Shown: one piece after another, positions 8,602 through 17,028 of the stretch | How positions within the stretch are numbered: the first letter of the stretch is position 1 | How the letters are laid out: every line of letters begins with the position of its first letter | From: Desulfosarcinaceae bacterium | GTDB lineage: Bacteria > Desulfobacterota > Desulfobacteria > Desulfobacterales > Desulfosarcinaceae | Direction: 5' to 3' | DNA: 24,221 bases | NCBI GenBank assembly: GCA_041557055.1 | Contig: JBFFHG010000001.1 | Coordinates: forward strand, 1-24,221 | Translations under genes and position numbers: made by a program | The notes under the pieces: model-generated | The model's input: the letters and a program-made list of their open reading frames with translations, nothing else | Database searches by the model: none | What the model was told of the DNA's origin: nothing

Positions 8602-9384
8602 ATGAAAGATGTGCAGAATCAACGCGACAACCGGAATCTCCCCATCGATAAGGTGGGGATTAAAAATTTACGCTATCCCGTCACCGTTCGGGACCGCAGG
8701 GAAGGCCGCCAGCACACGGTTGCCACGGTCAATATGTATGTGGATCTGCCCCATGAATATAAAGGCACCCACATGAGCCGTTTTGTGGAGTTGCTTCATC
8801 TGCTCAAAACCGAAGTGTCACTGCAGAAGTTCTCTGAACTCCTTGATCAGATGAAAAACCATCTCAATGCCGCTTCCGCCCACATCGAGATCACCTTTCC
8901 TTACTTTATTGAAAAAAAAGCCCCTATCAGCGCCGCCCCCGGCTTAATGGATTACACCTGCCGCATCATGGGGGCGAGCAATTCCCATAACCAGATCGAT
9001 CTGGTGTCCGAGGTCAATGTGCCGATCACCTCGGTGTGCCCCTGCTCCAAGGAGATCAGTGATCACGGCGCCCACAATCAGCGTGGTGAAGTGAAGCTGC
9101 AAACCCGTTTTAACCGGTTTATCTGGCTTGAAGACATGATTGAGCTGGTGGAGTCGTGTGCTTCCTGTGATGTCTATTCCGTGCTTAAACGGGTGGATGA
9201 AAAACACGTTACCGAGCAAAGCTATGACAACCCCAAATTTGTGGAAGATATCGTGCGAGATGTGGCCGCCTGTTTGATGCAGGATGAAAATATCACTTGG
9301 TTTTCAGTGAGCGCTGAAAATTTTGAATCCATTCACAACCATAGCGCCTACGCCCATATTATCAGCGGGGACAAGCCCATCTAA
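8602..9384 (+). CDS. folE2: GTP cyclohydrolase IB (FolE2)
   Basis: MKDVQ, IDKVGIK, KGTHMSRF, TSVCPCSKEIS, GAHNQR, NPKFVED, ESIHNHSAYA. Start 8602 preferred over 8566. Confidence 0.96.
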   Translation: MKDVQNQRDNRNLPIDKVGIKNLRYPVTVRDRREGRQHTVATVNMYVDLPHEYKGTHMSRFVELLHLLKTEVSLQKFSELLDQMKNHLNAASAHIEITFPYFIEKKAPISAAPGLMDYTCRIMGASNSHNQIDLVSEVNVPITSVCPCSKEISDHGAHNQRGEVKLQTRFNRFIWLEDMIELVESCASCDVYSVLKRVDEKHVTEQSYDNPKFVEDIVRDVAACLMQDENITWFSVSAENFESIHNHSAYAHIISGDKPI

Positions 9385-9865
9385 AAATATCAACTGTCAA
9401 AGTCCAATGGATTCTGACATTTTTTATCTTTGAATGCAGCGCAACGTTCAACAACCCCAAAAAACATATACGATTGCCCTGGCTCACCCCACCTCCTCTG
9501 TTGACATACCATGCGGATTTTGAAATAAATTATTTATATCGGCACACGTTCCGGATTTTAATCAATTCAATCTCATCTTAGTCCGTTTGCTGTAGCCAAA
9601 TTGTTCCGTTGTCCGTCTTGGCCGCAGTGACGGTAGTAGTAAGTGCAGGCCCAGTGCCCGCGATATTTTTCTATTGTGTGTGTGGTAGAAGTGGTTTCAA
9701 AGCCTTCCACCGGCTTTTTGATCAAAGCGGGGCAAAGCGCACCGCCGCAGGAATGCATCCGGCATTTTGAGGATCAGACCGCTTGCCCTGATGCTGGTAT
9801 GGGGCTTGACGTCAGGTTTTGAAACCATTGCCAAGGCCTTCATGACGCGTCATAGAGGAGGCCCC

Positions 9866-12130
9866 ATGTTCCATCGTTTACCTGTGGTGTGGTTTTGGAT
9901 TTGTATCGGCACTGGGCTGTTGGGCGCCATTGGCAGTCGCATGCCCTTGCTATCGAACGCGGAGGAGAGCCTTGGCCTGCACTTGCTGTACATGTTGCGT
10001 GGACCCGAGCAAACGAAGGCCGACGTTGTTATCGTGGCCATTGATCGGCAATCGGCCAAAGCTTTAAATCTTCCGGCGGCACCCCATAAATGGCCGAGGA
10101 CGCTCCATGCCCGGCTATTGGAACGGCTGACCGCCCGGCAAGCGGCCGTTATTGTTTTTGACCTGATTTTTCATGAACCACAGGAGACGGTCAACGACAA
10201 AACCTTTGCGACGGCCATGCACAATGCCGGCAATGTCATTTTAACCCAAACCATCGACAGGCAGGCAATGCCCCTCTCCGATCGGAAGGGCGTCCCGGCA
10301 ACCCGGTTGAATATTGAAAGAATGGTATCGGCCATTCCCGTTCTGGCAGACGCGGCCATCGGCCAGGCGCCATTCCCTTTGCCCAAGGTGCCCATCAAAT
10401 TGAGTCAATACTGGTGTTTCCGCTCCGGGTCCGGTGATGTGCCCACCCTGCCCGTGGCGGCCTTTCATGCCTTTGATGGAGAAGCTTTTAACGGTTTCAT
10501 TCAATTGCTCAGAAAAGCCGATCCTGCCCTTATGGCTTCTTTTCCCGACCCCAGGGATGGAAAATACTCCCTGCGCCATGTTATCAGGACAATCCGGCCG
10601 CTGCATGCCTTGTTTGAAAAAGATGCCACTCTGGCGCCAAGGATGATTGAAGCGTTGGACCGTCATCCGCCCCAACAAATGGCCGGGCACACCATCAGAC
10701 GGATTAGATCGCTCATCAGCCTCTATGGGCATGGCAACAGCCGCTATCTCAATCTTTACGGCCCGTCTGGAACCATCCCAACCATATCCTACCATCGTTT
10801 CGTGACCGAAACCCATACAAGTGAAAACAGTGGCAAGCTGCCGCCCCTGAAGGGCAAGGCGGTCTTTGTGGGGCAGACCGAAAGTGCCTGGTTCAAGGCC
10901 AATGACGGCTTTTACACGGCCTTCACCCAAAAGTCGGGCGTGGACATCAGCGGGGTGGAAATCGCAGCCACCGCCTTTGCCAATTTACTGGAGGACAAAG
11001 CCGTCTATCCCTTGGAACCGAATATCTCTTTTGCATTTTTTCTGGGTTGGGGTATCCTCTCGGCTTTTATCGCTCTTCATTTTTCCACCAGCGCTTGCGC
11101 AGCCGGTCTTTTGCTTCTTAACGGCATTTATATCGCTGTGGCTCATATTCAATTCAAATCCGGCGGTATTTGGTTTCCCCTGGTCGTTCCCATCCTGATT
11201 CAAACGCCGGCGGCATTCATCGTCGGTTTGGCATGGAAATACCGCAACGCCAATACCGAGCGTCAAAACATCCGCAAAGCCTTTGGCCATTACCTGCCCG
11301 ACGAGGTGGTGGATCGGCTGTCCGCCAACATAAAGGAGCTGCGCGCCGGTGGGCAGGTCCTTTATAGCATTTGTCTTTTCACCGATGCCCAGAATTACAC
11401 GACGCTTTCAGAAACCATGGACCCGGAAAGTCTGACCCAATTGATGAATACTTATTATGAGGCTGTTTTCAAGCCCGTCAAGGCCAACGGCGGACTCGTC
11501 CTGCAGGTGATCGGAGATTCGGTTCTGGCCCTTTGGACCGCCCCGGAAGTCAAAAGCGAACTAAAAAAAGCGGCCTGCCGGGCTGCTATCGAGATAACCG
11601 CTTCGGTAAATCGTTTCAATGCACAAGCTGTTCCTTATCTGCTGCCCACCCGAATCGGCATTCACGCCGGTGAAATCCTGTTGGGCAACATCGGCGCCAT
11701 GGACCACTTTGAATACCGGCCGGTGGGCGATATCGTCAACACCGCTTCACGCCTGGAGGGATTGAACAAGTTTTTAGGCACTCGCATGCTGGCTTCCCAG
11801 GAAGCTTTTGCCCCGGACAACGGATTTTCAGCACGGCCGGTGGGACGGTTTGTGTTCAAGGGCAAGTCTCACCCGGTCCAGGTGCATGAACTGCTGCCTC
11901 AAGATAAGCTCTCGCCGGAGCTGCAGACCGCGGTGGCCCGCATCTTTGCATCCGGTTTGAATGCTTTCGAACACCAACGCTGGGATCAGGCCGATGATTT
12001 TTTCAACCGGGTACTGCAAATTGATGACACCGACGGACCGTCACGGTTCTATCTCAGGCTTTGCCGTGAATATCGGCAGCGGCCGCCGGGCAGCGAATGG
12101 GACGGGACCGTGCATCTAAAACAGAAGTAG
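9866..12130 (+). CDS. Membrane-bound class III nucleotide cyclase: TM - CHASE2 - 3 TM - cyclase - TPR-like tail
   Basis: CHASE2 motifs VVIVAID, WPRTLHARLL, VFDLIF, GKAVFVG, GVEI.A; three TM helices follow; cyclase FTD, IGD, RIGIHAG, GDIVNTASRLE, KGK; tail DGPS..Y...WDG. ATG 9866 has SD GGAGG (the ORF track starts at 9767). Confidence 0.92.
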   Translation: MFHRLPVVWFWICIGTGLLGAIGSRMPLLSNAEESLGLHLLYMLRGPEQTKADVVIVAIDRQSAKALNLPAAPHKWPRTLHARLLERLTARQAAVIVFDLIFHEPQETVNDKTFATAMHNAGNVILTQTIDRQAMPLSDRKGVPATRLNIERMVSAIPVLADAAIGQAPFPLPKVPIKLSQYWCFRSGSGDVPTLPVAAFHAFDGEAFNGFIQLLRKADPALMASFPDPRDGKYSLRHVIRTIRPLHALFEKDATLAPRMIEALDRHPPQQMAGHTIRRIRSLISLYGHGNSRYLNLYGPSGTIPTISYHRFVTETHTSENSGKLPPLKGKAVFVGQTESAWFKANDGFYTAFTQKSGVDISGVEIAATAFANLLEDKAVYPLEPNISFAFFLGWGILSAFIALHFSTSACAAGLLLLNGIYIAVAHIQFKSGGIWFPLVVPILIQTPAAFIVGLAWKYRNANTERQNIRKAFGHYLPDEVVDRLSANIKELRAGGQVLYSICLFTDAQNYTTLSETMDPESLTQLMNTYYEAVFKPVKANGGLVLQVIGDSVLALWTAPEVKSELKKAACRAAIEITASVNRFNAQAVPYLLPTRIGIHAGEILLGNIGAMDHFEYRPVGDIVNTASRLEGLNKFLGTRMLASQEAFAPDNGFSARPVGRFVFKGKSHPVQVHELLPQDKLSPELQTAVARIFASGLNAFEHQRWDQADDFFNRVLQIDDTDGPSRFYLRLCREYRQRPPGSEWDGTVHLKQK

Positions 12131-12144
12131 AAAGGTGAGGGGGA

Positions 12145-15100
12145 ATGATGCTGGGACGGGCGATTATCGGGATCACATTGTGCATTTTGGGCGCCGGAAT
12201 CCATGGGGCGCCGCCGGCGGCCCAGGCTGACGGATCGGATACATCCTGGGTCAGCAGGATTGTCTCCATTCAGGGAAACGTACGGGTCAGGTCGCAGGGG
12301 GAATTCGACTGGCGGCCGGCGAACCTGGACGAGGCCCTCTTTGCCGGCGATCAGATCCGCGTGGAGGCCAACAGCCGCGCCGGCATCGTATTGTGCAATG
12401 ATGCCGTTCTGCGCCTGGATCAAAACACCACGTTGGTTTTCACCGAGATCGAGCAGGAGACAACCTTTATTATTAAACTCCTCAGGGGCGCCGCCAATTT
12501 TTTCAGCCGCAGGCCGCGCAGCCTGAAAATCGTCACCCCTTTTGTCAACGGTGTGGTTGAAGGCACGGAATTTTACGTTCAGGTCGATGACGGCCAGACC
12601 CGTATCGACCTGTTTGAGGGGCGCATCATGGCCCGCAACGCTTTTGGAACGGTTTATCTGGCAAAAGGGCAGGGCGCCGTGGCATCGGCCGGCAGCGCCC
12701 CCCAAAGCTGGCTCCTCGTTCAACCGCGGGACAGCGTGCAATGGGCCCTCTATTATCCGCCCGTACCGGCCCCGGGGCCCGATGATGGGCCGGCTGAAAT
12801 CAGAGAATCCATCGCATTGTTCAATCAAGGCAAAATCCTCGCGGCCATCGACACTCTGGCGCAAATCAAAGGGGCTGCGCAGGATTCCCGGTTTTTTGCC
12901 TATCGGGCCGGCTTACTGGTCCACATGGGCCGTGTATCCGAAGGCCGGTCCGATATCCAACACGCCTTGGCAATGGACCCCTCAAATGGTGACGCCCTGG
13001 CCTTAGAGGCGGTTGTCGCAGTGGTTCAAAATCAAAGGCAGGCGGCCCTGGCGGCCGCTCAAAAGGCGGTGCGGTCCGCCCCTGGCTCGGCGGCCGCCCC
13101 AATTGCCCTCTCATATGTCCATCAGGCCGGCTTCAATCTTGCCCAAGCACTTCAGGCCGCTCAAGCTGCGGTGGTCAACGCGCCTGACAACGGTACGGCT
13201 TGGGCCCGTCTGGCTGAGTTGCGGCTCTCCACAGGTGCGCTGGCTCAGGGCATTCAAGCCGCCCAAACGGCTGTCAGGCTGAACCCTCACGTTGCCCACG
13301 GGCACACCATCCTGGGGTTCGCCTATTTGACCCAAATCAAGACCGAAAAGGCCCGTCATGCTTTTAATCGAGCCATTGCCCTGGATTCCGCAGCCCCCCT
13401 GCCGCGCTTGGGCCTCGGACTGGCCGAAATCCGCGACGGCGATTTGGAACAGGGCCGGTCGCAGATGGAAATCGCCGTGGGCCTGGACCCCGGCAATGCC
13501 CTGATCCGCAGTTATCTGGCCAAAGCCTACTTTGATGAAAAACGCGGCCCGCTGGATGAGCAGCAGCTCGAAATCGCCAAAACCCTGGACCCCAACGACC
13601 CCACCCCCTGGTTCTACGACGCCATCCGCAAGCAGACCCTCAACCGGCCGGTGGAGGCCCTTCAGGATATTCAAAAATCCATGGAACTCAACGACAACCG
13701 CGGCGTATACCGCTCCCGCTTGCTGCTGGACCAGGATCTGGCGGCCCGCAGCGCCAGCCTTGGAAGAATTTATAACGATTTGGATTTCCAACACCTTGCG
13801 CTGATGCAGGGGTATGGATCGCTCAATGCGGATTCCACCAATTACTCGGCCCACAGGTTGTTGGCGGACACCTATGCGGCCAAGCCCCGCCATGAGATAG
13901 CAAGGGTGAGTGAATTGCTTCAATCACAACTTTTTCAACCGTTGAATTTGACACCGGTCCAGGCCCATCTGGCCGAATCCGAAACCAATGTGATTGCAGG
14001 CGCAGGACCTGCCGACCTCTCTTTCAATGAGTTTAACCCCCTGTTCACGCGCAATCGGGCCGCGTTCCAGGCCGGCGGCATCAGAGGAAACAACAACACA
14101 TGGGGCCATGAGATCACCGGGTCCGGACTGCTGGACCGTATCTCCGGCAGCATCGGTTCCTTTCATTATGAGACCGATGGTTTCCGCCAAAACAATGATG
14201 ATGCCGATGACCTTTTTAATCTTTTTGTGCAGGGCAGTCTGACGCCGGATACAAGCCTTCAGGCCGAATACAGATATTCGGAAAGTGAATCGGGGGATCT
14301 TTCGCAGAATTTTGACGGTTTGTTTTCCGCTGATCAGCGGGATGAAGAGGACATCATAAAAACAAGGATTGGCGCCCACCATCGTTTTTCGTCACAGTTT
14401 GAGATGGTTGCATCCTACATTCATTCTGATGTGGCTTTTGAAAGAAATAAGACTTTCTCCGGATACCCGGGAACGTTGAAAAGAGATATTGATGGCGATC
14501 TGTATGAGGTTCGAACCGATTATCGTCAAAATCGATTCGGACTCATCACAGGATTCAGTTACATGGATGGCGCAATTCACCAGGATTGGCGAATTTCCCC
14601 TTTCCCAGGCGTTGAGGTGCCCCTTCTGGACCATGAAAAGGCCGATTTTTTTAAAGATAATATCTATGCTTATTCAAATCTGACTTTTTTGGACAAGGCC
14701 GACCTGGTGATCGGGCTCGGTGCCGCCTCAATGAAAGCCGGGTCCCAGATAGAAAAGAAGCAGTTGAATCCCAAATTTGGATTAACCTTGCAGCCATTTT
14801 CAAACACCAGGCTGCGATTGGCCGCGTTTCGGGTTTTGAGCAGCACATATGTCTCCACACAAACGACCGAACCCACGCAGGTGGCCGGTTTCAGCCAGTT
14901 TTTTGACGATCTCGATGCCTCTGACGTCAGATCATACGGGATGGCGATCGATCAGAAATTTTCAAAGCGGTTATTCGGCGGCATTGAATACCTTCGAAGG
15001 GATCTTGATGCGCCCGAATTTAATATCGGTTCGGAAGTTGAGGCCGAGTATTCAAAATGGAAGGAATATACCGGGATTGCCTATCTCTACTGGGCGCCCA

Positions 15101-15498
15101 GTGACGCCATTGCATTGCGTGCCGAATATCAATATGAACAGTTCGACCGCAGAGACAATCCGATGACGTTTGATATCGTTGATATTGAGACCCACCGCGT
15201 TCCATTGAGCCTTAGATTCTTCAGCCCCTTGGGTTTCTCTTTCAGGGTTGCGACAACCTATTTTTACCAGCAAGGAGAATTTGCAGCGACCGATACAAGG
15301 GAGATCTATTCTGACAGCGACAGCTTTTGGATAATAGACACTGAAGTCGCATTTCGATTGCCAAAACAATGGGGCATTCTCTCTTTCGGCGTAAAAAATC
15401 TTTTAGATGAGCAATTCAACTACACAGACACTGATCCATCGAATCCTGCCGTGGTTCCCGGTGTTTTTGCATTTGGCAAAATTACGTTGTCTTACTAG
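12145..15498 (+). CDS. Outer-membrane protein: signal peptide, FecR domain, TPR repeats, C-terminal TonB-receptor-like beta-barrel (NsrA-like architecture)
   Basis: Signal peptide ending AQA; FecR-like GDQIRV...RLDQNT...TP...VEGTEF; Ala-rich TPR helices (A..A...DP.N); alternating aromatic beta-strands from about aa 637; C-terminal beta-signal-like KITLSY. Confidence 0.85.
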   Translation: MMLGRAIIGITLCILGAGIHGAPPAAQADGSDTSWVSRIVSIQGNVRVRSQGEFDWRPANLDEALFAGDQIRVEANSRAGIVLCNDAVLRLDQNTTLVFTEIEQETTFIIKLLRGAANFFSRRPRSLKIVTPFVNGVVEGTEFYVQVDDGQTRIDLFEGRIMARNAFGTVYLAKGQGAVASAGSAPQSWLLVQPRDSVQWALYYPPVPAPGPDDGPAEIRESIALFNQGKILAAIDTLAQIKGAAQDSRFFAYRAGLLVHMGRVSEGRSDIQHALAMDPSNGDALALEAVVAVVQNQRQAALAAAQKAVRSAPGSAAAPIALSYVHQAGFNLAQALQAAQAAVVNAPDNGTAWARLAELRLSTGALAQGIQAAQTAVRLNPHVAHGHTILGFAYLTQIKTEKARHAFNRAIALDSAAPLPRLGLGLAEIRDGDLEQGRSQMEIAVGLDPGNALIRSYLAKAYFDEKRGPLDEQQLEIAKTLDPNDPTPWFYDAIRKQTLNRPVEALQDIQKSMELNDNRGVYRSRLLLDQDLAARSASLGRIYNDLDFQHLALMQGYGSLNADSTNYSAHRLLADTYAAKPRHEIARVSELLQSQLFQPLNLTPVQAHLAESETNVIAGAGPADLSFNEFNPLFTRNRAAFQAGGIRGNNNTWGHEITGSGLLDRISGSIGSFHYETDGFRQNNDDADDLFNLFVQGSLTPDTSLQAEYRYSESESGDLSQNFDGLFSADQRDEEDIIKTRIGAHHRFSSQFEMVASYIHSDVAFERNKTFSGYPGTLKRDIDGDLYEVRTDYRQNRFGLITGFSYMDGAIHQDWRISPFPGVEVPLLDHEKADFFKDNIYAYSNLTFLDKADLVIGLGAASMKAGSQIEKKQLNPKFGLTLQPFSNTRLRLAAFRVLSSTYVSTQTTEPTQVAGFSQFFDDLDASDVRSYGMAIDQKFSKRLFGGIEYLRRDLDAPEFNIGSEVEAEYSKWKEYTGIAYLYWAPSDAIALRAEYQYEQFDRRDNPMTFDIVDIETHRVPLSLRFFSPLGFSFRVATTYFYQQGEFAATDTREIYSDSDSFWIIDTEVAFRLPKQWGILSFGVKNLLDEQFNYTDTDPSNPAVVPGVFAFGKITLSY

Positions 15499-15514
15499 TT
15501 AAAGGAGGTTTTTT

Positions 15515-16171
15515 ATGAAGGGCTTACATTTAAAAAAGGGTGTTTGGAATGTTCTCTGGATCTTGCTTGGGGTGTTCGTGTTAGCCGGATGTGCTGGATG
15601 GTCATACAGACCAAGCCCTCCTTTCCCGGCGCCGGTGCCTGAAGATGCCAAGATTACAAAGAATTACAACTCAAAAGGCCAATTTTTCTTTGCGGATCAA
15701 AAGGGGGAGGTCGTTTCAACCAAACCGATGCCTTTTGGCGTGTTGCTGCAAAAATCGGATACAACGGAGCCGAACTGGATGAAGGTTCTCGGATGTTTTA
15801 CGGTTTATCGCATCCCCAATCACAGCAATGTGTGGCTGTGTGACAAAGATTCCCGATGCCTTGAAGGCACTCCCGCAGATAAAGCCAATGGCGCTGTTTT
15901 CAGCGTTAATTTTGACGGCAAAAAGCTGTTTATAGCCGACGCGTCGGGCCGCAGCATATCCGAAAAGGATCTAAAGAAGTTTGCTTCATTGGTTCGAGAT
16001 ACTGATCCTGACTCGCGGGCAGGCATAAGATTGTTGGATACCTTTACAATATACAAAATTAAAGGTTCTATCAGGATCGCGGATTGTTGCGAAAATATTT
16101 GTTTTTGCACATGTTTCGATGAAACAACCTGGCACCAGAGCGCGTGTGATAGACACGGTGCTTGCCCCTGA
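15515..16171 (+). CDS. Hypothetical lipoprotein with a two-fold internal repeat and Cys-rich C-terminus
   Basis: SD AAGGAGG; basic N-region, hydrophobic stretch, lipobox LAG-C26; Ala at +2; 10 further Cys, 7 of them in the last 28 aa. Confidence 0.85.
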   Translation: MKGLHLKKGVWNVLWILLGVFVLAGCAGWSYRPSPPFPAPVPEDAKITKNYNSKGQFFFADQKGEVVSTKPMPFGVLLQKSDTTEPNWMKVLGCFTVYRIPNHSNVWLCDKDSRCLEGTPADKANGAVFSVNFDGKKLFIADASGRSISEKDLKKFASLVRDTDPDSRAGIRLLDTFTIYKIKGSIRIADCCENICFCTCFDETTWHQSACDRHGACP

Positions 16172-16275
16172 TCAGGCCCGGGTTTATATTCCCGGTGTTC
16201 GGAAATCAGCATATAAACGTTTAGGGATCGCCAACGACCTGAAATAAGGCATTTTAAGAAAAATTTGGAGCATTC

Positions 16276-16911
16276 ATGTTAGAACGGGTTTCCCTTTTTT
16301 CGAATTTGAAAGCGCAGGAGATTGCCCAACTGGAGACCATCGGCCATGAGCGGTCGGTGGCCAAGAACAGTGTGGTGATCAATGAAGGCGACAATACGGA
16401 CTCGCTTTACGTTGTTGTAAAAGGCAAGGCCCATGCCCTGCGCAGTGATGAATCGGGCAGGCAGTTCATCGTCAATCGCTTCGGCCCCTATGATTATTTC
16501 GGTGAGATGAGTTTTTTCGATCGCAATGTGCGTTGTGCAACGGTGATTACAAAAGAGAAGTGCATCTTGATGGTTCTGCCGCGCAACGCCTTTTTCGATT
16601 TTGCCGCCAAACATCATGAGATCTACTGGAACGTCATTCGGGCCCTGTTGGAAAAACTCAGAAAGGCCACTGAGCAAATCGAGCAACTGGCCTTTCTGGA
16701 TGTTTATGGGCGCCTGACCCGTTTTCTGATCGAAAATCAGAATGAGGATGGGGTAATTGAGGAAAAGCTGACCCAACAGGAGCTGGCCGATTTGGTGGGG
16801 GCATCACGGGAAACGGTCAACCGTATTTTCAATGAACTGGTCGGCGGCGGTTACATAACCAAGGAAAAGGGGCGCATCAAGATTCATAAAAAGCTCCCCT
16901 ACAGCTTTTGA
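16276..16911 (+). CDS. CRP/FNR-family transcriptional regulator, CRP-like with cNMP pocket
   Basis: cNMP domain FGEMS...VRCATV, hinge LAFLDVYGRL (E. coli CRP LAFLDVTGRI), HTH TQQELADLVGASRETVNR; no FNR N-terminal Cys cluster. Confidence 0.93.
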   Translation: MLERVSLFSNLKAQEIAQLETIGHERSVAKNSVVINEGDNTDSLYVVVKGKAHALRSDESGRQFIVNRFGPYDYFGEMSFFDRNVRCATVITKEKCILMVLPRNAFFDFAAKHHEIYWNVIRALLEKLRKATEQIEQLAFLDVYGRLTRFLIENQNEDGVIEEKLTQQELADLVGASRETVNRIFNELVGGGYITKEKGRIKIHKKLPYSF

Positions 16912-17028
16912 GTTCGTTGCCCTTTTGCCCTGTCTGTTTGTTTGTGATTCAGTATTTCCTCTGTCCGGTGTGAGACTCGACCCATGGCTTGAGGGATGGG
17001 GCCGGGGCAACGGGCCCCGCGCCGCTGA

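Noticed and set aside
9866-16911. Pycsar-like anti-phage system, suggested by the atypical cyclase specificity
   Set aside because: The cyclase is a CHASE2 membrane receptor type and its partner is a DNA-binding CRP, not a TIR or TM cell-death effector.
16998-17018. GGGGCC...GGCCCC hairpin between the converging crp and dacB
   Set aside because: Only a 6-bp stem with no U-tract on either strand; too weak to call a terminator.
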